The notes under the pieces were generated by a model. The model saw only the letters and a list, made by a program, of their open reading frames with translations. It was not told where the DNA came from and searched no databases. A DNA stretch of 64,000 bases from Methanocella sp. (GTDB lineage Archaea; Thermoproteota; Bathyarchaeia; Bathyarchaeales; Bathycorpusculaceae), in the NCBI GenBank assembly GCA_050261115.1, contig JBLNCY010000046.1, positions 1 to 64,000 of the forward strand, written 5' to 3'. Shown one piece after another: positions 1 through 8,066 of this stretch (position 1 is its first letter; each line of letters opens with the position of its first letter). Both the position numbers and the translations under genes were made by a program.

Positions 1-310
1 TTAGCATCTCGCCAGTTATCTTCTGCTCTCCAGCAATCAACACCACAACCCCGATAACTAAGGTCAAGTCAGCAACGTTAGCACCGAAAATCAAACCCAA
101 CCCAAAAGTAGACGTACCACCAAGAGCGGACAAGACACCGATAGACAATTCCGGTAGAACCGCAAGTGTACCAGCAATAACTACACCTACCACGAAAGCT
201 GAGAGGCGGAAAAACTTGGACAATCCCAAAAGCCGCTTAATAGCTTCGTCAGCTCCGTAAACGACTATGGCAATTCCCGCAAGAAGGAGAAGGACGCTTT
301 CCCAAGGCAT
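1..310 (-). CDS. Ca2+/cation (Na+/Ca2+) antiporter, CaCA/YrbG family, N-terminal part (runs off the window edge)
   Basis: Manual translation from ATG at 310: MPWESVLLLLAGIAIVVYGADEAIKRLLGLSKFFRLSAFVVGVVIAGTLAVLPELSIG...GLIFGANVADLTLVIG, containing an alpha-1-repeat-like LPE...GANV motif. Confidence 0.8.
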   Translation of the reverse strand, partial: MPWESVLLLLAGIAIVVYGADEAIKRLLGLSKFFRLSAFVVGVVIAGTLAVLPELSIGVLSALGGTSTFGLGLIFGANVADLTLVIGVVVLIAGEQKITGEML

Positions 311-469
311 TCTTATCAAAAATGGTTACACAGGCGCTTTATTTAAATGAATTTTAGCTTGCGGTTTTGCTCTTTGGGAGTTAACCCTATCCCTTTTTGT
401 GCCTATTGGGGCTAACAAGAGGGCGAAACATCTTTTAGCGGTTGAATTTACCATTCAAGCGGATACAGA

Positions 470-718
470 ATGGCTTTAAGGAAATTATCCCCTCGCGCTC
501 TATTGGTAATAATGCTCTTAACTGGGATAGCGGGCATTTGTTTTCTATTCCTTCCTTACCTATTATTCCCCCAGTTCTATATTCCAAAAGCAAACTCGCT
601 TATAGGATACACCCGTCCAGCTACCATTGAAGGCTGGATATTTATGGTAGCGGGCCTGGGCATGGTAATACTTACGGTGATACTTCGAATAATTAGGCGC
701 CAAGTATCCGAAGGTTAA
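470..718 (+). CDS. small two-TM membrane protein, hypothetical
   Basis: 82-aa ORF with two hydrophobic segments. Confidence 0.55.
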   Translation: MALRKLSPRALLVIMLLTGIAGICFLFLPYLLFPQFYIPKANSLIGYTRPATIEGWIFMVAGLGMVILTVILRIIRRQVSEG

Positions 719-1449
719 ATAACAAAAAGAAGCACGATGCCAATCAGGAACCCTAAAGAAATAGCAAAATCTTCCGCATGCCCTGTTGATTCCCGATAAG
801 CTCTTGAAATTAACTCTCCAGCTACAAACACAACTAGCGTTCCCGCAGCGAAACCCAAAATCGTGGCCACAAAGTCCTGAATAACATTCTTAGCAAGAAA
901 GTAACCTATGGGCGCCGCTAATGCTACAATAACAAAATCAATCAGCCAATCCCGCATTATCATGCTTCGTTTGATGCCTTGTTTTTGCATGATCTTTGCG
1001 CCCTCCAAAGTGGCTGCTAGGTTACCTAAAAAAAGAACTGTTTCCGCCGTGAATAACCCGGGTTCCTGAAGCGCTATTAATACGCCGATAAATAGTGACT
1101 CAGGCACGCTATCTAGGATGGTTCCTATAACCGATAGTTTGCCGGCGGAATACCTTTTCGAAACAGAGCCTGAATTGGAGTTTGAATCATGTTTAAAAAA
1201 GTGTTGGGCAATGCCAAATGCTAAAGCGCCAAGGCTAAAGCCTATGAGCAGATCAAAAACGTTACCGAGATTTAGGGTCTCCTGTATTAGAAGCATTGTA
1301 GCAGATAGAAATATCCCTGCCCCGAACGCCGCAAAAAGCGCCTTCTTCGCATGTGAGTAATTTGCATAAATCGCAATTACGGCGCCTATGGGAAAGGCTG
1401 ATGCCACAATCAATCCAGAAATAACTGTTTCAATTATTAGAAAACTCAT
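715..1449 (-). CDS. ZIP family divalent metal transporter
   Basis: Multi-TM protein; AFGAG, LDSVPESLFIG and LGFAAG motifs typical of ZupT/ZIP. Confidence 0.85.
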   Translation of the reverse strand: MSFLIIETVISGLIVASAFPIGAVIAIYANYSHAKKALFAAFGAGIFLSATMLLIQETLNLGNVFDLLIGFSLGALAFGIAQHFFKHDSNSNSGSVSKRYSAGKLSVIGTILDSVPESLFIGVLIALQEPGLFTAETVLFLGNLAATLEGAKIMQKQGIKRSMIMRDWLIDFVIVALAAPIGYFLAKNVIQDFVATILGFAAGTLVVFVAGELISRAYRESTGHAEDFAISLGFLIGIVLLFVI

Positions 1450-1598
1450 TTCTTTACACAGTTTATCTGTTTAAAATAAACTTGAAAATGGGATTTAGAG
1501 ATGACTTGGCGCAAACCGATGATAACTATACGTGTGTCGATTCCAACCATTAAAACGCCTATAGTAGTTACCGTTAGGGCTAGCCACTTGTACAGCAA
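1446..1598 (-). pseudogene. N-terminal fragment of a DHA2/EmrB-like MFS transporter
   Basis: Frame from TTG at 1598: MLYKWLALTVTTIGVLMVGIDTRIVIIGLRQV, matching TM1 of DHA2-type MFS proteins; it stops after ~50 codons, overlapping the ZIP start. Confidence 0.6.
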
Positions 1599-1854
1599 AA
1601 AAAATCAACCAAAAATTAGACGATACTGTGTTATATATGTGGGGATAATTAAACGTCACGGGTCTTGTGGTTATATCGGTTAGCTTAGTGTCCACGGTGA
1701 GTCCGATGTACCTCTGCGTTTTTTGTTAAAGCATAAGCCAGGCAGCATCAGTTTACAAAACGAGCTGTTTCTGCCCAGAAATACAGCTGTCATTTGGTTA
1801 TGTTACAACATAGCTTTAAACTTAGGTAACGAATTTCAATTCATGTTTTAGGAT

Positions 1855-2115
1855 ATGTCGGTGAAGGTTTTGTCAAAGCAAAATAGTGCCCCAAAACCGA
1901 AAATGCGCGTGATTATAGCAGAACGTTCTGAGCCAAAAAAGTATTTTCCGTGCTCGATGTGCATTACAAAGACAAAGGTGTATAGGCGGTACAGGTTTGT
2001 AATAGAAGATGAAAGAGGGCGGCAAAAGGCATACTGCCTGCCATGTGCTTCCCAGTTACTTGGGCGAAGTCAGGGAGATTTACGTAAAGAAGCGGATACT
2101 GCAGCGACTAGATAA
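1855..2115 (+). CDS. small basic Zn-binding protein (2x CxxC)
   Basis: CSMC...CLPC motifs; TATA-like TTTAAA upstream at ~1815. Confidence 0.6.
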   Translation: MSVKVLSKQNSAPKPKMRVIIAERSEPKKYFPCSMCITKTKVYRRYRFVIEDERGRQKAYCLPCASQLLGRSQGDLRKEADTAATR

Positions 2116-2167
2116 CTAGCTTTGCAAATCGCCGTATCTTAGAAAAGCGCTACCAGCGGAAAAGAAA

Positions 2168-2659
2168 ATGTCTCAGCATATTTTTAACTTAAAAGCGCAG
2201 GAGCCCTTTAGGCTAGATTTAACTGTGTGGGGCCTTAGGCGGCGGGCAAATAACGTTATGGATCGCTGGGTGGACAATACTTGGAGACGCGCCTTAACAG
2301 TCGAAAACCATACAGTTGAAGTTGTGGTAAGCCAGAGCGCAGAAGACCATTCAAACATACAGGTACAAGTAATAGGACCTAATTTGATAGATAGGCAAAT
2401 AAAACTACTGTCTATTGCTTTAGAAAAATGCTTAGGCTTAAGCAAAAACCTATCTGCCTACTACGAATTTGCCCAAAAAGATAAAATATTAAATAAGCTT
2501 ACACAGCGCTTCCTAGGGCTTAAACCCCCAAGGTTCCCAACGGTTTTCGAAGCGGTTGTTAACGGCATAGCATGCCAACAACTGTCACTTGATGTAGGCA
2601 TCACACTGCTTAACAGACTCTCGGAAAATTATGGAAGAAAAGCAATGTTGACCAAGTAG
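2168..2659 (+). pseudogene. alkA: truncated AlkA-like DNA-3-methyladenine glycosylase (N-terminal half only)
   Basis: PF.L.L, GLKPPRFPTVFEAVVNGIACQQLS motifs; ends at 163 aa before the HhH-GPD region that is present in the full copy at 45490-46413. Confidence 0.8.
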
Positions 2660-2995
2660 GGAAAAAATGATTTTTCTTATAAGGGTTTGTTGTCCTCCAT
2701 TAGAACACAGTCTATCCAAACGATTAAGATTGAGGGCTGTAGAACACTCATGAAAGACGAGTGCTCGCAAATACCGCCGACCTTAAACTTATCTTAAACC
2801 AGCAATCACTTCTTGAAGCACCAAGCGGCTTAAGCTTTTTGGCATACCGCCCCTCATCAACCGACTCATAAGGCTCCTTTCACGTCAACATAAACCAAAT
2901 AATCTTTAGCATCTTATTGGCAACAGTAACCACCGCCTTCTGATCACCCGTCTCTTAGCAACTCGCTCATAGAAAGCCTTCAACCCGGATCAAAA
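2660..2995 (-). mobile_element. degenerate IS110/IS1111-family remnant: transposase C-terminus plus downstream non-coding end
   Basis: Stitching across two frameshifts and one TGA (2880-2882) gives DP.LKAFYERVAKRR-GDQKAVVTVANKMLKIIWFMLT*KEPYES, typical of IS110 C-termini; two adjacent hairpins follow at 2706-2741 and 2742-2766. Confidence 0.75.
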
Positions 2996-3127
2996 GTAGA
3001 CAATCAACCGCTAAGTCCGCAAAAATTCCAGGCAAAGAGCCACATCAGCAAGTTTAATTTGAAAAGTTAAAATGCAGCCTTCAACACTTGAATTAACAGA
3101 GACACCAGAAACAGCGAGTTATAGTTT

Positions 3128-4537
3128 GTGAAAATAAGAAACCGGCTAATAATAACAATCGCAACATTCCTTACAATCCTAATTATCATCAGCCTCTCAA
3201 TCACAACAACCCAACAGCAAGCTGCAAACCTGAACAATTACCAATCCATCACAGGCAACATAGAAAACCGAATCAGCCACCTCAACTACATCGCAGACAA
3301 CTACCTCCTCACCCAGCAACCCTCACAATTAGCGGCTTGGCAATCAAACACCACCGCCCTCTATGGCGACATATCACAACTAACCTCCACAAACATCAAC
3401 CAAAACCAAATCGCAGCCACCCTATGGGCGGATGTCAAAATAGCTAACGACACCTTCCTTGCAACCGTAGACTATTTAGAAGCAACGCCAATGAATGCAA
3501 CAGTACGGAACAATCCTCAATTTCAAGCAGCCTGGAGCCAACTATCCAGCGCCCTTCAAGCCCTCTCAAGCCAATCCACCCAACTCTCACAATCCCTACA
3601 CAATCAAACCGACGCCGTCAACCAATCCAACACCTACCTAATCATCATACTGCTCATTGCGTTTGCCCTCTACCTACTCGCAAGCTACCTCATAATGTTT
3701 AGACATACTCTAAGGACAATTTCGGTGCTTCATAGAGGCTTAAAGGCTATTGGTAAAGGGAACTTTGACCAGGAAGTTAAAACCGGAAGAAGCGACGAAT
3801 TGGGAGAGCTTTCGGATTCCTTAAACACGATGCGGCTGCAGCTCAAAGCAAACACGGAGCAACTGGCAAAGCAGGAACGACTAGCAGGCATCGGACAAAC
3901 CGCAGGAATGGTGGGACATGACATCCGCAACCCCTTGCAATCCATCAGCGGCGAACTCTACCTACTTAATGGTAGCATGGAAGATTTACCCGACAGTAAC
4001 ACAAAAAACGAAATGAAGGAGAGCATAGACAGCATAACAGCAAACATTTCCTACATAAACAAGATAGTGGCTGACCTACAGGACTATGCTAGGCCCATAA
4101 TGCCAGAGTACTCTACGGTTGATTTATCCAATGTCTTGGTTAAAGTCTTTGAGAACATAAAGGTGCCAGATGCAATCAAGCTTTCCATGAAAGTTACCGA
4201 CTTAGAACAGCTTCAGACCGACCCCACGCTGTTACAGCGAGCCCTATCAAACCTTACCACTAACGCCATTCAAGCAATGCCCCAAGGAGGCATATTGGAG
4301 ATAGCGGCAAAACGGGAAAACGGCAAAGCAGTCATAACTGTTTCCGACACAGGCGCCGGCATACCTGAGGAAATCAAACCGAAACTATTCACCCCCATGA
4401 TGACCACCAAAGCCAAAGGACAAGGATTCGGCCTAGCCGTAACCAAACGCCTCATAGAGTCAATGAAAGGAACCATAGCCTTCGAGAGCGAAATGGGCAA
4501 AGGAACAAAATTCACAATAGAACTGCCAACCAAATAG
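3128..4537 (+). CDS. membrane sensor histidine kinase (extracellular helical domain, HAMP, HisKA, HATPase)
   Basis: Two TMs, HAMP DELGEL, H-box GHDIRNPL, N-box NLTTNAIQA, G boxes DTGAGI and GQGFGL. Confidence 0.93.
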   Translation: MKIRNRLIITIATFLTILIIISLSITTTQQQAANLNNYQSITGNIENRISHLNYIADNYLLTQQPSQLAAWQSNTTALYGDISQLTSTNINQNQIAATLWADVKIANDTFLATVDYLEATPMNATVRNNPQFQAAWSQLSSALQALSSQSTQLSQSLHNQTDAVNQSNTYLIIILLIAFALYLLASYLIMFRHTLRTISVLHRGLKAIGKGNFDQEVKTGRSDELGELSDSLNTMRLQLKANTEQLAKQERLAGIGQTAGMVGHDIRNPLQSISGELYLLNGSMEDLPDSNTKNEMKESIDSITANISYINKIVADLQDYARPIMPEYSTVDLSNVLVKVFENIKVPDAIKLSMKVTDLEQLQTDPTLLQRALSNLTTNAIQAMPQGGILEIAAKRENGKAVITVSDTGAGIPEEIKPKLFTPMMTTKAKGQGFGLAVTKRLIESMKGTIAFESEMGKGTKFTIELPTK

Positions 4538-4853
4538 ATAGTTACCCGCCTAAGCTTGTTTTCATGTTGCTTTGTGATTGTGGATTGGCTACAGCATTTC
4601 TTTTTGTATTATGTGTGAGTAGGTGTGTTGAGGTTTGTGGACCTGTTAGGCTGGTTGGCTGGTAAGGTTTAAGGCGCGTTTTACCCCCTCTCTCTTCCTT
4701 CTACAACCTACTTCTTACCACACGGCTAAACTAGCCTACCCTACTTTTATAAACAAGCCACATCTTGCATGCGAAATACAGGGTACCGCTATAAACTGTT
4801 TGTTTAAAGAAGATTCAAATAGTCACAAAAGATTAATCTTTGAGAGGATTTTT

Positions 4854-5180
4854 ATGGAGAAAAACCAGCGTGTTATTGCTGATTTTAGTATAGTGCCCAT
4901 CGGTGAAGGCCAGACAAGTGTGGGTCGTTACGTTGCGGCAGCGGTTAAGGCGCTTAAGAACATTGATGGGTTGGACTATGAAGTGACTGCTATGGGAACG
5001 GTTCTTTCGGCCAAAGACTTGGACACCATTTTTGCAGCCGTTAAACAAGCTCATGAAGCGGTTATGGCTAGTGGCGTTAAGCGGGTAGAGTCTACGCTTA
5101 GAATCGACGATCGCCGAGATAAGCCGCGCACTGCAGATGACAAAGTAAAAGCGATCGGGGAATACATTAAGCAAGCTTAA
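4854..5180 (+). CDS. MTH1187/YkoF family thiamine-binding protein
   Basis: ADFSIVPIG...SVGRYVA...AMGT...RIDDRRDK signature; start moved to ATG 4854. Confidence 0.9.
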   Translation: MEKNQRVIADFSIVPIGEGQTSVGRYVAAAVKALKNIDGLDYEVTAMGTVLSAKDLDTIFAAVKQAHEAVMASGVKRVESTLRIDDRRDKPRTADDKVKAIGEYIKQA

Positions 5181-5200
5181 ACTACGAGGTGCTTGCGTCC

Positions 5201-5812
5201 ATGTGGACCAAATTAGCAGACAAAGAAACATTAAACCAGACAATGGAAGCACTTAAAGGACGAGGCGTCAACGCAGAGGTCGTGCCCGACCGAGCCAGCG
5301 CATTAAAAAGGTTAACCGAATTGATTCCACCCGGTGCGGAGTTATCGACTGGCGCCTCCACAACCCTAGAAGAGATAGGGTTCATTGGCCTTCTAAAGTC
5401 GGGCAATCACCCCTGGACCAACCTAAAGGCCAGGATTGTAGCTGAACGGGATCCCATAAAACAACGGGAGCTTCGCATCCAAAGTGTTATAGCAGAATAC
5501 TATCTCGGGAGCGTGCACGCGGTTACGCAATCGGGAGAAATCATCGTGGCCAGCAACACCGGCAGCCAGTTGGGGCCTTATGCGTATTCGTCTAAGAATG
5601 TGATTTGGGTTGTTGGCACTCAGAAAATAGTTGCCGATATGGAGGAGGGTATGAAGCGGGTATGGGAGTACTGTCTGCCCCGTGAGGACCAGAGAATGAA
5701 AAAAGCGGGCGCCAAAGGAAGCTCGATTGGCAAGATACTGATATTTGAGAGAGAAAACGTTGACTATCGGAAGGTTACTTTGCTTTTTGTTAATGAGAAG
5801 CTAGGCTTCTAA
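5201..5812 (+). CDS. LUD-domain (lactate utilisation LutC-like) protein
   Basis: GASTTLEEIG, SVHAVTQSG, SNTGSQL and VVGTQKIV motifs. Confidence 0.85.
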   Translation: MWTKLADKETLNQTMEALKGRGVNAEVVPDRASALKRLTELIPPGAELSTGASTTLEEIGFIGLLKSGNHPWTNLKARIVAERDPIKQRELRIQSVIAEYYLGSVHAVTQSGEIIVASNTGSQLGPYAYSSKNVIWVVGTQKIVADMEEGMKRVWEYCLPREDQRMKKAGAKGSSIGKILIFERENVDYRKVTLLFVNEKLGF

Positions 5813-5833
5813 GCCTTACAAGGGCTGTGTGCA

Positions 5834-6205
5834 TCAGGACTCTTTCATGGTGGCTTTTAAGTGAGCTATGTGTTCGGTGATTTTGGTGATGATTTCTTTT
5901 CTGAGGGCTTCGTCGGAGAAGTATGGTTTGATTGTGGCGAGTTCTTCTGCCAATTTGGGGTCGCAAAAGAGTGTTCTTATCCATCGTTGGAAGTCTCCGC
6001 GCTCGTAATGGAACCGGACTGAGGCGAGAGGGACTTGGCTGAGTTTGTCGGTGAGGTCTTGGAGGCTTGTTGCTGTTATGCCGGTGTAGTCGCCGATGGC
6101 GGTGTAGAAGTGGAAGCCGCAGTCGGGGTTGACTGTGCTTAGGGCACGGCGTGCTTGGGCCTCGTCTGTGGGCTGCTGGTCTGCTTGTTGGGTGTTTTGG
6201 GTCAT
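5834..6205 (-). CDS. DUF5752-family protein
   Basis: FHFYTAIGDYTG..A.SL and SVRFHYERGDFQRWI motifs. Confidence 0.75.
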   Translation of the reverse strand: MTQNTQQADQQPTDEAQARRALSTVNPDCGFHFYTAIGDYTGITATSLQDLTDKLSQVPLASVRFHYERGDFQRWIRTLFCDPKLAEELATIKPYFSDEALRKEIITKITEHIAHLKATMKES

Positions 6206-6351
6206 GTTAGGTCACTGGTGTATGGTTTGTTTGTTGTATATGTTTTTGTGGTTGCAGCTGTTTGCTACATCGAAACTGTGGTGGCTGTTGTGTGGGTGTT
6301 GTAACATAGGCTATTATTGGCTGTTTTTTTCTTTTGTTTGGAGGTGGATTT

Positions 6352-6585
6352 GTGCAGGATGCTGAGCCAAAGCAAGAGGGCAATTTGAGCAACGGCGTTT
6401 ATGATTTGATGTCGCAGCTTTTGGAGGAGAACCAGAGTTTGTGGCGGATAAAGCAGAGCTATAAGCGGGATGCTGCGGGTGATTTGGAGGCGGAGCGGTT
6501 TTGGGAGAAGCTTGAGAAGGACAAGGAGGATCATATTCGGGAGTTGACGGCGCTGGTTGCAAATCGAATAGGTAAGTCAAGTTAG
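6352..6585 (+). CDS. small two-helix ferritin-like protein (paralogue of 38068-38298)
   Basis: YDLMSQLLEENQSLWRIK...DKEDHI; GGAGGTG RBS before GTG 6352. Confidence 0.75.
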   Translation: MQDAEPKQEGNLSNGVYDLMSQLLEENQSLWRIKQSYKRDAAGDLEAERFWEKLEKDKEDHIRELTALVANRIGKSS

Positions 6586-6631
6586 TTGTTGTATTCGGGT
6601 TTTTTGGTTTAGGGGTTGTGGAGGTGATGAT

Positions 6632-7108
6632 TTGTCGACGGGTATATCCGCGCTTGATAGGGCGATTCAGACCGCCATGCAGTGGCTCTCAGATATCCAG
6701 CGGGAGCTTGGATGGGACAGCCCAGACAAAACGTATAGCGCCACTCGAGCGGTGCTGCAGGCAATAAGGGATCGGTTGCCGGTTGAGGAGGTGGTTCATT
6801 TGGCGGCTGGTTTGCCGCTGGTCATGAAGGGCATGCTCCTAGACGGCTATGATTACTCCAAAAAGCCTGCGCCGATATCGACGCAGAACCTGTTTTTTGA
6901 GTTAGTCGAGGAATACTACAACCCCCTCAAACGCAACCTCATCCACCCCGAAACCGTAGCCCCCACAGTTATTCGGGTGCTGAATCGACGGATAGGCGGT
7001 GGCGAGATGAGCAAGGTTGCGGCGGTGATGCCGCTGGAGCTAAAGGAGTTATTTAGGGAAGCCGGCGTAGAAGTTCCGGAAGATGGAAAACAGGCAGCCA
7101 TGGCATAG
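6632..7108 (+). CDS. DUF2267-family protein
   Basis: QWLSDI..ELGW...ATRAVLQAIRDRLP..E..HLAA.LP motif; GGAGGTGA RBS. Confidence 0.88.
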   Translation: MSTGISALDRAIQTAMQWLSDIQRELGWDSPDKTYSATRAVLQAIRDRLPVEEVVHLAAGLPLVMKGMLLDGYDYSKKPAPISTQNLFFELVEEYYNPLKRNLIHPETVAPTVIRVLNRRIGGGEMSKVAAVMPLELKELFREAGVEVPEDGKQAAMA

Positions 7109-7429
7109 GATGTTGATATAAAAAAAGCTGCGATAGTTACTAAATAATTGGGTAGCAGCACGGTTAGGTTTAGGATGAAAAATGGTAAATGCTAACTTGT
7201 CTAATTTAAGAGAATTTTAAGGATTGATTCTGTGAGTGAAGTTGAGAAACCGGCTTAGTGCCAGAATACATCAGACCTTCCATCCGTTATGTGACAGAGC
7301 TTATGGGATGATGACGCTTGTACTAATCGGGTCCGGATGCTGCCGCCGGTTAGGCAGCCAAGAACGCACCGAATACTACACTAACACCCTCAAAGGCACT
7401 CGCCAAGGCCAGCCGGGAAAAGCCGTCCC

Positions 7430-7849
7430 TCATCCTTTACTGCTCATCTCAGCAGTCGACTTCCTAGCATGGTCATTATTCCGCGCAAGAAAAACGTAGA
7501 CACGCCTAAAAACACCCGTCGCCCTACATTGGGGCAACAACCATTTTTCTAAACCCACTAAAACCAAAGAGCCCAAATACCACAGCAGAAAACTACAACC
7601 AGTTTTAGCCGACCAAAAATCTTCCTGCGCTATCCCTGAAGTGTAGTAGGCTATTTTGGTTATAGCGCTGCACTTTTGGCACTTATATACCTCGGCAATA
7701 AAGACAGAATTAGCTAACCTCCTCACTGGCTTATGTAGGATCCTACCGCATTTACAACAAACTAACAAACCCAAACTTCCCGCACTTGTTACCCCATAGT
7801 GAGTTAATGGCTGCATATGAAAACTAGTGATAACAAGGCGTAACCACAA
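7430..7849 (-). CDS. possible small Zn-ribbon protein (boundaries uncertain)
   Basis: CCKCG...YKCQKC motifs; both termini look low-complexity and may be non-coding. Confidence 0.35.
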   Translation of the reverse strand: MWLRLVITSFHMQPLTHYGVTSAGSLGLLVCCKCGRILHKPVRRLANSVFIAEVYKCQKCSAITKIAYYTSGIAQEDFWSAKTGCSFLLWYLGSLVLVGLEKWLLPQCRATGVFRRVYVFLARNNDHARKSTAEMSSKG

Positions 7850-8066
7850 ACTTGCCTAACCCATGGAACCGCAAAACACCCCCAGCCATACAGCACATAT
7901 AAAACAACCAACCCCAAAACGCCCACGCAAACATACGCTCACACCACAGCCCAGATAAAAACACCATGCCACAACGAAGACCACTATAACACGAATACCT
8001 ACAAAGGAGCTTAATTGCCTAAGAAACAAAAAAGGGGAAGGGAAAAATCCCTACCTATCGCGCAGT

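Noticed and set aside
7290-7370. ATGATGA plus a GCTGCC/GGCAGC hairpin as a possible C/D sRNA
   Set aside because: No D or D' box at suitable spacing and no recognisable target
4560-7990. G/T- or C/A-skewed low-complexity intergenic tracts (4560-4680, 6210-6330, 7860-7990)
   Set aside because: No periodicity or stable pairing; similar tracts recur across the window as background composition
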